Shown: one piece after another, positions 17,678 to 26,438 of the stretch
How positions within the stretch are numbered: position 1 is the stretch's first letter
Layout: the number at the start of each line of letters is the position of its first letter
From: Planctomycetota bacterium
GTDB taxonomy: Bacteria > Planctomycetota > UBA11346
Length of the DNA stretch: 64,000 nucleotides
Assembly (NCBI GenBank): GCA_022841245.1
Contig: JALHRW010000002.1
Coordinates: 3,362-67,361, forward strand
Reading direction: 5' to 3'
Notes under the pieces: model-generated
Seen by the model: only the letters and a program-made list of their open reading frames with translations
Told to the model about the DNA's origin: nothing
The model's database searches: none
Translations under genes and position numbers: made by a program

Positions 17678-18718
17678 GTGAGCAAGGCCAGCGACATCGC
17701 CGACACCATCCTGAAGCGCGTCCGCACCGGCGCCTACCCGGACAAGGTCCCCGGCGAACGCAGTCTGGCCGAGGAGTTCCGCGCCGATTTCAAAACTGCA
17801 AATCGCGCCATCGGTCTGCTGGTCGAGCAGGGCGTGCTGGAGCGCCGCCGCGGGCAGGGCACCTTCGTCAAGCGCCTCGACCAGCGCCGCGACGCCACCC
17901 TCTCGCTGTGCTTCTACAAGTTCGCCGATCTCGGCCGCGATCCGGTATTCACCCGCTTCTTCGCCGGCATGAACAGCGCCGTCACCAGCCACCGCGTGCG
18001 CCTGCACGTCACCACGCTCAAGGATGTGGTCGGCGACGACAAGCTCGATCCGGCGCAGAGCGCCGAGCGCTTCGTGCGCGATGCGCTGGCGGTCGATCCC
18101 GACGGCATCATCTACCTCGGCAACGTCGACATCCCGGTGATCGAGCGCCTGCGCGCCGACCGGCCGCTGATCGCGGTCGCCGAATGCCCGCCGTCCCTGG
18201 CGGTCGACAGCGTGCGGCGGAACATCCGCGCCGGCACCGCCGACGCCGTGCGGCGCTTCGCCAAGGCCGGCCACCAGCACATCGCCCTGGCGACCTACCG
18301 CCACGATGCCACCTCCTTCGACCTGGCCGAGAAGGAGCGCGGCTACCTGGAAGCGATCGAGGAGCTCGGCCTGCAGCCGCGCATCCTGCACCGCACCAGC
18401 CCGGCCGAGGAGCAGCTGACGCAGCAGCTCCTCGCGGTGACCCCGCGTCCGACCGCCGTGGTCGCCAGCGAAAGCACCATCGGCCTGGCCCTGGTGCGCA
18501 GCGCTCCCGGCCTCGGCCTGCGCATTCCGCAGGATCTCGCCGTCACCTCGTTCGACGACGGCGACATCGGCTCGTTCACCCAGCCGCAGATGTCGAGCAT
18601 CCACGCCTTCGGCGAGGAACTCGCCACGCTGGCGGTCGAGCGCATGATCGGCCGGCTCGATGGCCGCATCACCGGCCGGATCGACGACGTCCTGCCCTGC
18701 CCGAGCATCGAGCGTTGA
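17678..18718 (+). CDS. hybrid transcriptional regulator: GntR-type winged HTH plus LacI/PBP1-type sugar-binding domain
   Basis: Within ORF 17561..18718. GTG at 17678 is preceded by GGAGAG. N-terminus: ERSLAEEFRADFKTANRAIGLLVEQGVLERRRGQGTFV. The C-terminal domain is LacI-like (IALATY ... LAVTSFDDGDIG). Confidence 0.8.
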   Translation: MSKASDIADTILKRVRTGAYPDKVPGERSLAEEFRADFKTANRAIGLLVEQGVLERRRGQGTFVKRLDQRRDATLSLCFYKFADLGRDPVFTRFFAGMNSAVTSHRVRLHVTTLKDVVGDDKLDPAQSAERFVRDALAVDPDGIIYLGNVDIPVIERLRADRPLIAVAECPPSLAVDSVRRNIRAGTADAVRRFAKAGHQHIALATYRHDATSFDLAEKERGYLEAIEELGLQPRILHRTSPAEEQLTQQLLAVTPRPTAVVASESTIGLALVRSAPGLGLRIPQDLAVTSFDDGDIGSFTQPQMSSIHAFGEELATLAVERMIGRLDGRITGRIDDVLPCPSIER

Positions 18719-18759
18719 AGCGGAAGCGTCACGACCGGGATTGTGCCGCATTCTGTGTT

Positions 18760-18779
18760 AGGTGCACCATAGGTTAACC
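18760..18779 (+). promoter_or_regulatory. GGTGCACC element upstream of the jelly-roll / heparinase operon
   Basis: TGTTAG, then GGTGCACCATAGGTTAACC (18761-18779), 15 nt before the ATG at 18794. Confidence 0.5.
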
Positions 18780-18793
18780 ATTCTAGAGGCCAC

Positions 18794-19828
18794 ATGCGCT
18801 ACCTGACCTGCTCCGTCCTGTTCGCCGCCCTTGCCGCCCAGGAGCCTGGCATCGCCGCGCGCTACGCTGGTGACGTCGGCATCGACAAGGACCCGGCCGT
18901 CGTCTTCAGCGAGGACTTCGAGAAGCCGGACCTGCAGGCGCGTTGGCAGAATGTCTCCAAGGTCGGTGACGACGGCCCCCTCGCCTTCGACGCCCAGGTG
19001 AAGACGGTCGGTCGTCCGGGCACGGCGATGCGCATGACCGCGACCAAGGGCAAGAACGAGGGCGGGTCGCTCTACAAGGTGCTCAAGCCCGGCTACGACG
19101 AGCTGTTCGCCCGCATCTACGTCCGCTTCGACGAGAAGGCCGGCGGCTTCGCCCACTTCGTCAAGCTGGGTGGCGACAAGGACGTGAAGAACTGGTGGGT
19201 CGGCCGCGCCGGCACCAAGCCCGACACCTGGTTCATGACCGGACTCGAACCGGTCGGCTACCTCACCCACACCTGGCCGGGCAAGAGCTACCCGCTGCCG
19301 GGCTTCTGGGCCTTCTACACCTACTGGCCAGAGATGCATTCCTGGCAGACCGAAGGCGGCGAGAGCAACGGCAAGCCGAACCCGTACTACGGCAACCGCT
19401 TCGCCCCCGCCACGCCGGAACCGATCAAGCGTGGCGAATGGATCTGCATCGAATGGTCGGTGAAGCTCAATTCCGCCCCGGACAAGAGCGACGGTTCGCA
19501 GCGCTTCTGGGTCGACGGCAAGCTGGTCGGCGAGTGGGGCCCGGGCACGCCGGACGGCTACTGGATACGCGAGAACTTCCGCATCCGCCCCGACCAGCCG
19601 GACAAGCAGAAGCCGTTCGGCGGCTTCCGCTGGCGCACCGATCCGGCGGTGAAGATCAACATCCTCAAGCTGGAGAACTACGTCAACGAGGGCGCCTTCA
19701 AGGGCACCGAGGGCTACGCCAAGGAGCACCCGGAATATCCGCTCGACACCGAGCGGGCCACCGTGTGGTTCGACCACCTCGTCGTCGCCACCACCTACAT
19801 CGGGCCGATGGCTCCTGCGAAGAAGTGA
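18794..19828 (+). CDS. secreted beta-jelly-roll (ConA-like) protein, candidate polysaccharide lyase
   Basis: ORF 18794..19828. Signal peptide MRYLTCSVLFAALAAQ. Composition and length resemble the generic Polysacc_lyase / ConA-like fold. It has paralog-like relatives at 23519, 33187 and the N-terminus of 41012. The function is inferred, not proven. Confidence 0.5.
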   Translation: MRYLTCSVLFAALAAQEPGIAARYAGDVGIDKDPAVVFSEDFEKPDLQARWQNVSKVGDDGPLAFDAQVKTVGRPGTAMRMTATKGKNEGGSLYKVLKPGYDELFARIYVRFDEKAGGFAHFVKLGGDKDVKNWWVGRAGTKPDTWFMTGLEPVGYLTHTWPGKSYPLPGFWAFYTYWPEMHSWQTEGGESNGKPNPYYGNRFAPATPEPIKRGEWICIEWSVKLNSAPDKSDGSQRFWVDGKLVGEWGPGTPDGYWIRENFRIRPDQPDKQKPFGGFRWRTDPAVKINILKLENYVNEGAFKGTEGYAKEHPEYPLDTERATVWFDHLVVATTYIGPMAPAKK

Positions 19829-20613
19829 CCTACCACAAGACCATCGACGAGCACCGCGCGATGCTGTATGGCCTCGTGCGCCTGCAGCTGCACTTCCTGC
19901 ATCGCTGGTGTGCGACGCATCCCAGCGAGCCATTCGCCGAGACGCTGGCGAAGCGGGTCGACATCTGGCGCAAGACCGACCTCAACCATGGCGGACTGGT
20001 CGCCGAGCCGAGCGATCCCGGCGGCATCTGGGCCGCGCTGTCGGCGCAGCTGGCCGCGATCCACGCGCGCTGCGGCGATGCCGACGCCTTCGAAGAGCAG
20101 GCGCACGCCGTCCTCGCTGCGCGCATCGATGCCCGCGCCGCGCTCGACCTGCAGCTCGAGATCGATCGCGACCACCTGCGTGACTACACCTACGGCAGCC
20201 TGCGCTTCCACGACTGCGCGCCCGCCGAGCCGGGCACGGTGTTCATGCACATCGCCAACGCGATCGCGCCGCGCTCGATCTTCGAGGATCCCGCCTATCT
20301 GCCCGGCTGCCTGCGCCGGCTGCTCGACCGCGCCGAAGCGATCGGCGCCAACCGCGTGCGTACCGAGACCTGGCTCAACTCCCACCCGGCCTGGCTGGCG
20401 CTGCTGCCCGCCTGCTGGAGCGAACGTCTCGGCCCGCCGCTGCATGACGTGCAGTGGCACTACGGCTACTGGGGCCAGTTCCTCAATGCCCGCGGCTGCC
20501 TGAACACGCGGCTCGCGGCAGCCTTCCGCGCCAGCGGCGTCCTGCCCTACGCCCCGCGCACCTCGTGGGCGACGATCGCGGAATTGCGCGCCCATCTCGC
20601 AGGCCAACCATGA
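19825..20613 (+). CDS. hypothetical protein
   Basis: This is the C-terminal part of ORF 19195..20613; the 5' part of that ORF overlaps the previous gene out of frame. GTG at 19825 overlaps the upstream stop (GTGA). An alternative ATG lies at 19861. I recognised no motif. Confidence 0.55.
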   Translation: MTYHKTIDEHRAMLYGLVRLQLHFLHRWCATHPSEPFAETLAKRVDIWRKTDLNHGGLVAEPSDPGGIWAALSAQLAAIHARCGDADAFEEQAHAVLAARIDARAALDLQLEIDRDHLRDYTYGSLRFHDCAPAEPGTVFMHIANAIAPRSIFEDPAYLPGCLRRLLDRAEAIGANRVRTETWLNSHPAWLALLPACWSERLGPPLHDVQWHYGYWGQFLNARGCLNTRLAAAFRASGVLPYAPRTSWATIAELRAHLAGQP

Positions 20614-21329
20614 AACTTGTCGATCTCCTGGTCGTCGCAGCGCATCCCGATGACGAGGTCGCCACCTTCGGCGCCATCATCCCGCACAGTCTCGTCCTCG
20701 GTCGCACGGTGGCGGTGGCCTGCCTGACCCGCCAGGCGGACCTGGAGATCGCAGCGCAGCGCGAGAACGAGTTGCGTGCCAGCCTGCATGCCTGCGGCCT
20801 GCCCGGCGAACCGGTGCTGGGCAGCTTCCCCGACTGCGGCTACGTCGGGCCGGGCCGCTTCGAGAGCCTGGCCTGGGTATGGGAGCGCTGGGGCGGACGC
20901 GACGCGGCCAAGGCATACATCGCATCGCTCTACCGCCGCTTCCGGCCGAGGGTCGTCTTCGCGCATCACCCCGAGACCGGTGAATACGGCCACCCCAACC
21001 ACATGGCCGCCGGCTGGGCCTGCGTCGACGCATGGGACGAGCTGCATGCCGCCGGTGATCCGGCGACACCGTGCAAGATCTACGCCCGCAGCGATGCCGC
21101 CGACGCCTGGCACCCCGACTGGTTCGCGCCGCAACCGGCCCTGGACGGACGCAGCCCGGCCGAGCTCGGCGCCGCGGCCCTGCGCTGCCACCGCAGCCAG
21201 AGCTGCGCCGATGCCGGCATCCGCCCGTATCTGCGCTACCGCACCATCCGCAGCCGCGTCGGCGACGATGCGCTGCGTTGCGACATCTTCGAGAACTGCC
21301 AGACCGTGGAGGCCCCATGCGCATCCTGA
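20610..21329 (+). CDS. PIG-L/LmbE-family N-acetylglucosaminyl deacetylase
   Basis: Within ORF 20454..21329. ATG at 20610 (ATGA overlap). Hallmark motif VVAAHPDDEV and a later HPNH metal-binding motif. Confidence 0.8.
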   Translation: MKLVDLLVVAAHPDDEVATFGAIIPHSLVLGRTVAVACLTRQADLEIAAQRENELRASLHACGLPGEPVLGSFPDCGYVGPGRFESLAWVWERWGGRDAAKAYIASLYRRFRPRVVFAHHPETGEYGHPNHMAAGWACVDAWDELHAAGDPATPCKIYARSDAADAWHPDWFAPQPALDGRSPAELGAAALRCHRSQSCADAGIRPYLRYRTIRSRVGDDALRCDIFENCQTVEAPCAS

Positions 21330-23512
21330 TCGCCTGCCTCCTCGCCGTCTGCGCCGCCGCCGGCGAGCACGGCGTGGCCGCGACCCATCCGCGCATCCTG
21401 GTCAACAAGGCCGGGCTGCCCGCCCTCGCCGCGCGCTGCGCCGGGCCGCTCGCCCGCGAGTACGCCAACATGAAGGAGCAGGCCGATGCGGCGGTGAAGA
21501 ACGGCCGCATCCGCTACCTCGACAACAAGTGGGGCACGCCCACCGACCTGATGTCCTGCGGCCTCGCCTACCTGGTCGAGCGCGAGGCGGGGCGCAACGC
21601 CAAGCCCTACGCCGAGGTCATCCTCAAGGCCTGGGGCGACGGCCGCATGCTGGGCAACAAGGACAACTGCGTCTTCGGCTGGCACGCGCTGGCCTACGAC
21701 TGGATCTACGACGCCATGGATGAGGCGCAGCGCAAGCGCTACGGCGACGCGCTCGGCGGATGGCTGACCTGGTTCACCAACGAAGCGGCGATCACGCTCA
21801 AGGCCGGCAGCTGGGACTACAACCAGACCTGGGGCCCCAGCCACCTGAACGTCATGCACAGCCGCGACGCGATCACCCAGAAGCTGTTCATCAGCCTGGC
21901 CATCACCGGCGCCGGCACCGCCCGCGAAGCCGAAGCGAAGGCATTCCTCGCCTCGTGGGCGACGCGCATCCCGCGCGACTGCATCCCCTATTTCGACGCC
22001 ATGGGCGGCTCGTGGTCGGAGAGCCACGGCCACGGCGCCTACGGCCCCATCCAGGTCGTCCCCCTCGCCTTCGAGGCCTGGCGCACCGCCACCGGCGACA
22101 ACCTCTTCGCCGCCGGCAAGCCGTGGAGCTACCTCAACGAGATGTCGCGCTGGCTGGTCCTGCTGCAGCTGCCGCATAACGGCCGCCAGGCCTACCTCGA
22201 TGACGGCGGCGGCGGCGAGGACTCCGGCTTCGGCGTCGTCGCCCCCTTCGTCGCCCGCGCACTCAAGGATCCACTGGCGCAATGGTGCGCCGACCGCGCC
22301 GATGCGCGGGGCGCGGGGAAGTGGGCTCCGTGGCAGCGCGTGGTCGGCTACGACCCGTCGGTCAAGGCGCTGTCGCCCGGCGAAGCGAAGCTGCCGCTCG
22401 GCTACCTGCTGCAGGGTGCCGGCCACGTCTTCATGCGCTCGGCCTGGGACGACCCCGACGCCACCTGGGCCTTCTTCGGCGCCGGTCCGCACCGTGTCGG
22501 ACACCAGCACGACGACGAGGGCCACTTCATGATCAGCAGCCGCGGCGGCCTGGTCTCCAAGGGCGCAGGCCAGGGCGGCAACGACGACGATCACTACTGG
22601 GGCGGCTCGCTCGCCTTCAACGTCCTGACCATCTTCGATCCCAAGGAGCAGTTCCGTCGCAACGAGAAGAACGAGAACGACGGCGGCCTGCTCCGCCACG
22701 TCTACGACAACAGCATCAAGGAGCGCGGCAGCATGGTCGCGTTCTCGCACGCCAGCGAATACACCTACGCCGCCGCCGACCTGACCAAGGGCTACAACGC
22801 AGCCAAGGCCGGCGAGGTGACGCGCCAGTTCCTCTGGCTGCGCGGCAAGCCGGGCGGGGACGAGTTCTTCGTCGTCTGCGATCGCGTCGCCTCGACCCAG
22901 GCGTCGTTCGCCAAGCACTTCATGCTGCACGTGCCCGACGAGCCGACCGTCTCCGGCACCGCCACCGAGCGCGTGCCCGGCCACGTCAGCGAGCACGCCG
23001 GCCCGGACCTGACCAGCACCTGGCTGAGCCTGCCCGACGATTTCGGTCCCGAGGTCAAGGTGCAGAGCACCGGCCGCAGCCGCATGTTCCTGCGCACGCT
23101 GCTGCCCAAGGAGGCGGTGATCACCAAGCGCGGTGGCGACGGGCACATGAACTGGGGCCATCCGCTCGAGCCGACCGCGCAGTACGACCACGCCACGCCG
23201 GGCCGCGCCAAGCCGCCGTTCTGCCGCTGGCGCCTGGAGGTCGCCGCCCCCGCCGCGGAACGCACCATGTTCCTGCACGTCTTCCAGGTCACCAAGGAAG
23301 GCGCGACGGCGATGGCGCCGGTGCAGCTGCTCGACGACAAGCCGCAGGTGCGGCTGGAGATCGGCCCGGCCGGCCACACCTGGAAGGTATCGATGCCGAC
23401 CAGCGGCCCGCTGACCGCCAGCGTCACCCCGCCCGGCGCCAAGGCCGAGGTGCGCATCCCCGCCGCCATCGACGTCGCCGACCAGTTCCCGGCGGCCAAA
23501 GGCAAGCGCTGA
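21317..23512 (+). CDS. heparinase II/III-like polysaccharide lyase
   Basis: Within ORF 21071..23512. ATG at 21317 follows GGAGG. Signal peptide MRILIACLLAVCAAAG. The N-terminal region is alginate-lyase/DUF4962-like (THPRILVNKAGLPAL). The C-terminal signature HQHDDEGHFMISSRGG is heparinase II/III-like. Confidence 0.75.
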   Translation: MRILIACLLAVCAAAGEHGVAATHPRILVNKAGLPALAARCAGPLAREYANMKEQADAAVKNGRIRYLDNKWGTPTDLMSCGLAYLVEREAGRNAKPYAEVILKAWGDGRMLGNKDNCVFGWHALAYDWIYDAMDEAQRKRYGDALGGWLTWFTNEAAITLKAGSWDYNQTWGPSHLNVMHSRDAITQKLFISLAITGAGTAREAEAKAFLASWATRIPRDCIPYFDAMGGSWSESHGHGAYGPIQVVPLAFEAWRTATGDNLFAAGKPWSYLNEMSRWLVLLQLPHNGRQAYLDDGGGGEDSGFGVVAPFVARALKDPLAQWCADRADARGAGKWAPWQRVVGYDPSVKALSPGEAKLPLGYLLQGAGHVFMRSAWDDPDATWAFFGAGPHRVGHQHDDEGHFMISSRGGLVSKGAGQGGNDDDHYWGGSLAFNVLTIFDPKEQFRRNEKNENDGGLLRHVYDNSIKERGSMVAFSHASEYTYAAADLTKGYNAAKAGEVTRQFLWLRGKPGGDEFFVVCDRVASTQASFAKHFMLHVPDEPTVSGTATERVPGHVSEHAGPDLTSTWLSLPDDFGPEVKVQSTGRSRMFLRTLLPKEAVITKRGGDGHMNWGHPLEPTAQYDHATPGRAKPPFCRWRLEVAAPAAERTMFLHVFQVTKEGATAMAPVQLLDDKPQVRLEIGPAGHTWKVSMPTSGPLTASVTPPGAKAEVRIPAAIDVADQFPAAKGKR

Positions 23513-23518
23513 AGCGGC

Positions 23519-24532
23519 TCAGCGGCCGGTCAGCTCCGCCGGCTCGCTCCCCGACCAAGTGATGCGCGACATGTGGAAGGTGGTGTCGCGGTCGAAGCCG
23601 GAGTTGGCCCAGCCCATCAGGTAGCCGTTGCACCACTGCTGCTGGCCGGCCGGCGCGTCGCTGCGCCTATCGAGTTCGGCATTGGCGATGTCGTGGTGCC
23701 TGCGGTAGTCCTGCTCGCCCTCGCGGCGCACCCAGCTGCGGATGACCCCGTCCTTGGCGCCGGGCTTGCTGCAGAAGCGGCCGTGGAAGATGATGTCGAT
23801 GAATTTCCCGCGATCAGCCTCGCTGACCAGCACCCCGGCGGTCGCCGGAGCGCGGCTGACAGTGTGGTTGCCGGCGGAGTAGCCGACGGTGAAGATGCTC
23901 TCCTTCTTGCCGTCGCCCCAGTTCAGATCGGTCTGCCAGATCAGCGTCGGTCCCAGGCCCTTGGCCGAGTAGCCGTCGGCCCAGATCGCCAGCAGCTTGT
24001 TGTTGGCCCCCCACTGCGAGCGCCCGGTGCTGGGCAGCGTGCTCGTGCGCGTCAGGTTGGTGATGCCGCCGACCCACGACTCGTTGTAGTACGAACGCGA
24101 GGCGTAGCGCAGGAAGATGCCCTTGGCATCGACCTGCGAGATGACGCCCTTCGCCTCGGCGACGGTGCCGCGCACCTCGTCGCCGATCTGCCAGCCGGCC
24201 GTGTCGGCTCCGACGATATCGAGGTGGGTGTCGTGGCGGTGGTGGTAGTCGGCCGGGATGTGCCAGCGGAAGCCCAGCCAGAAGGCGTCGGCCGGCGGCA
24301 TGGTGAAGCGCATCTCGCGCATGCCGTAGTTGCCTGGCCTGGTCCCGGTGAACTGGAAGGGCAGACCCTGGCCCTTGCGATCCGCCAGCGGCGTCAGCGC
24401 CCAGTTGGGTTCGGCGAAGGCCCATCCGCCCTTGGCTGCCAGCGTGTCGCCAGCGGCGAAGTCGTAGACCACGCCCTCGGCGGTCGTACCGGCGGCATGC
24501 AGCATCAGGCAGGCGATGAGTATATGGCGCAT
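23519..24532 (-). CDS. secreted beta-jelly-roll (ConA-like) protein, candidate polysaccharide lyase
   Basis: ORF 23519..24532. Signal peptide MRHILIACLMLHAAG. The C-terminal YLMGWANSGFDRDTTFHMSRI matches the corresponding YLLGAANSGFAEDTDFYIDDV in 33187..33969. Confidence 0.55.
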   Translation of the reverse strand: MRHILIACLMLHAAGTTAEGVVYDFAAGDTLAAKGGWAFAEPNWALTPLADRKGQGLPFQFTGTRPGNYGMREMRFTMPPADAFWLGFRWHIPADYHHRHDTHLDIVGADTAGWQIGDEVRGTVAEAKGVISQVDAKGIFLRYASRSYYNESWVGGITNLTRTSTLPSTGRSQWGANNKLLAIWADGYSAKGLGPTLIWQTDLNWGDGKKESIFTVGYSAGNHTVSRAPATAGVLVSEADRGKFIDIIFHGRFCSKPGAKDGVIRSWVRREGEQDYRRHHDIANAELDRRSDAPAGQQQWCNGYLMGWANSGFDRDTTFHMSRITWSGSEPAELTGR

Positions 24533-24547
24533 GTGGTGACCTGTGGA

Positions 24548-26353
24548 TCAGGGGGACAGATCGGCGTCGCGGCCGTGGCTGTGGCGCCATGGCGAATCAG
24601 CGGGGAGATGGCCGTCGCCATCGAGCACCACCTTGCCCTGGACGCCGTTCACATCGACGCCGCAGGCGCGCAGCCCGCTCCACTTCATCACCGTCTTGGA
24701 GTAGCCGGCCTTGATCATCGCAGCCTCGTCGACCAGGTTGCGGTCGCACCAGACGAAGCGCCAGCGGTTGGCGAAGTCGATGCCGGCCGGCACCCGGCTG
24801 GTGAAGAAGCCCTGGTCCGCATCCGCCGGCCGGGCGATGGCGTTGGCCCAGGCGAAGATCAGGCGCTGTTCGCGCGGATAGTCGCGGACCAGGGCCTGGC
24901 ACTCCGGATCGGCGGGGCCGTCGAGGGCCCGGCCAGCCGGATCGACCTTGTCGGGCCCCAACGCGCCGCCGCCCATCATCTGCAGGGCGCCGCGCACGGC
25001 ATTGTGGTGGAACCAGATGTTGCGCACCCAGCCCGGCTGCTTGCCGAGCGTGACGTGCCCGTCGATGAAGTTGTGGTGGATGTCGATGCCGTCGGTGCAG
25101 CCCTGGGCGGAGATGTTGAAATCACCCAGGAACACGTTGTTGCGGTAGGTGTTCTCCCAGCCGTTGTCCTTGTCGCTGATGGTCACGCCGTGGTGCATGC
25201 GTTCGAAGCGGTTGTCCTCGATCAGGCTGCCCTGGGTGGTGTACCAGGTGATGCCGCCGCCATGGCCGGCCTGCTTGAAGGTGTCGTAGGGGCGGTCGGA
25301 GAAGGTGCACTCCTGCACCACCGTGTGGAGGTAGGGTTGCGCCTGCGGCCGTCGGCCGAAGGGGCAGGCCTCCTCCTTCGAGCGCTTTTCCATCCCCGGC
25401 ATGCGTTCGTAGGTCCGCTCGGCGGCATAGCCGAAGATGAACGAGGGATTCTCGCCACCGTCGGCGTACATGTGGTGCAGATTGCAGCGCCGCCAGGTGA
25501 GGCCACGGCGCTGCCCGTGCCACATCACGAACATGTAGTAGTTCGCGTTCTTCACTTCCAGGCCGTCGAAGAGCAGGTCGTCCGTACCCGCGTCGATGAA
25601 GACGCGATGGCCATGGTTCATCGTGGTGACGTTGTCGTACGTCTTCTTGGGATCCGTGGCTGGATCGGCTGCGGCCTTGGCGTCGGCCTCGGCCATCAAG
25701 CCAGCCAGCGTGCTCTTCCACACCGCCTCGGTGAAGCCGAGGTCGATCACCGGCTTGTCGCCGGGCCAGGCCACCCAGCGGCGCGGCGAGGTGTCGGCGA
25801 TGCGCAGCACATTGCGGTTGGTCTTGCCCGGAGTCGCCGGGACCTCGACCAGGTAGGTGCCGCTGCGCAGGTACAACGTCGCCCGGGCGGCATCGGCCAC
25901 CGGTTGGGCGGCGCGCACCACCGTCTTCCACGGCTGCTCGAAGGTGCCGGGGTTGGCATCGTCGCCGGTCGGGCTGACGAAGAAGAACCCCTCCTTCCCC
26001 ACCGTGATGGTGAACGACTGCTCGGCCTTCCTGCTCGCCTGGTCGACCAGGGCCACCGTGACCGGCACCTCGCCCGCGCTCTGCGGAACCTGCCAGGTGA
26101 TGGTGCCCGTCCGGGCATCGATCACCATGCCGGTCGGGCCAGCGCGCAGCATGAATCGGTAGGGCCAGGTGCCGCCGGTTACCGCCGGGCGCATGTTGAA
26201 CTCGACCCCCGGATAGGCCCGCGGCAGTGGCAGCGAGATGAAGGTCGGCTGGCGGAAATAGGGAGCGTCTTCGGGCCGCGCGAAGCGATCGGATTCCTGG
26301 GCTCCAGCCATGAGACACATACTGAGCATTGTCAGAACATGACTTGCGCGCAT
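24548..26353 (-). CDS. secreted Ig-like domain plus right-handed beta-helix protein (family A)
   Basis: ORF 24548..26353. It has a signal peptide. A putative Ig domain follows (YPGVEFNMRPAVTGGTWPYRFMLRAGPTGMVIDARTGTITW). Then comes the pectate-lyase-fold entry motif FFFVSPTGDDANPGTFEQPWKTV. Paralogs lie at 50003 and 52970. Confidence 0.7.
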   Translation of the reverse strand: MRASHVLTMLSMCLMAGAQESDRFARPEDAPYFRQPTFISLPLPRAYPGVEFNMRPAVTGGTWPYRFMLRAGPTGMVIDARTGTITWQVPQSAGEVPVTVALVDQASRKAEQSFTITVGKEGFFFVSPTGDDANPGTFEQPWKTVVRAAQPVADAARATLYLRSGTYLVEVPATPGKTNRNVLRIADTSPRRWVAWPGDKPVIDLGFTEAVWKSTLAGLMAEADAKAAADPATDPKKTYDNVTTMNHGHRVFIDAGTDDLLFDGLEVKNANYYMFVMWHGQRRGLTWRRCNLHHMYADGGENPSFIFGYAAERTYERMPGMEKRSKEEACPFGRRPQAQPYLHTVVQECTFSDRPYDTFKQAGHGGGITWYTTQGSLIEDNRFERMHHGVTISDKDNGWENTYRNNVFLGDFNISAQGCTDGIDIHHNFIDGHVTLGKQPGWVRNIWFHHNAVRGALQMMGGGALGPDKVDPAGRALDGPADPECQALVRDYPREQRLIFAWANAIARPADADQGFFTSRVPAGIDFANRWRFVWCDRNLVDEAAMIKAGYSKTVMKWSGLRACGVDVNGVQGKVVLDGDGHLPADSPWRHSHGRDADLSP

Positions 26354-26376
26354 ATATCGCTTTCAGGATAGGCGTT

Positions 26377-26399
26377 ATGGTGCCCCATTGGTGCACCAA
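26377..26399 (-). promoter_or_regulatory. GGTGCACC element upstream of beta-helix gene 24548..26353
   Basis: The minus strand reads TTATTG, then GGTGCACCAATGGGGCACC (26397-26379), 25 nt before the ATG at 26353. Confidence 0.5.
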
Positions 26400-26438
26400 T
26401 AACGGACGCGATACGCTTCTGTGACGTTACCTTGTGCT

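Noticed and set aside
23573-26371. Very long antisense ORFs, including 23573..26371 + (932 aa), 28001..30523 + (840 aa), 30683..33277 + (864 aa), 44129..46420 + (763 aa), 5122..6939 + (605 aa), 10163..12109 + (648 aa) and 21236..23377 - (713 aa)
   Set aside because: Each lies exactly opposite a gene with clear family motifs. Their products are dominated by Arg, Gly, Ala and Asp/Glu runs with no recognisable domains. These are classic shadow ORFs caused by stop-codon depletion in GC-rich sequence.
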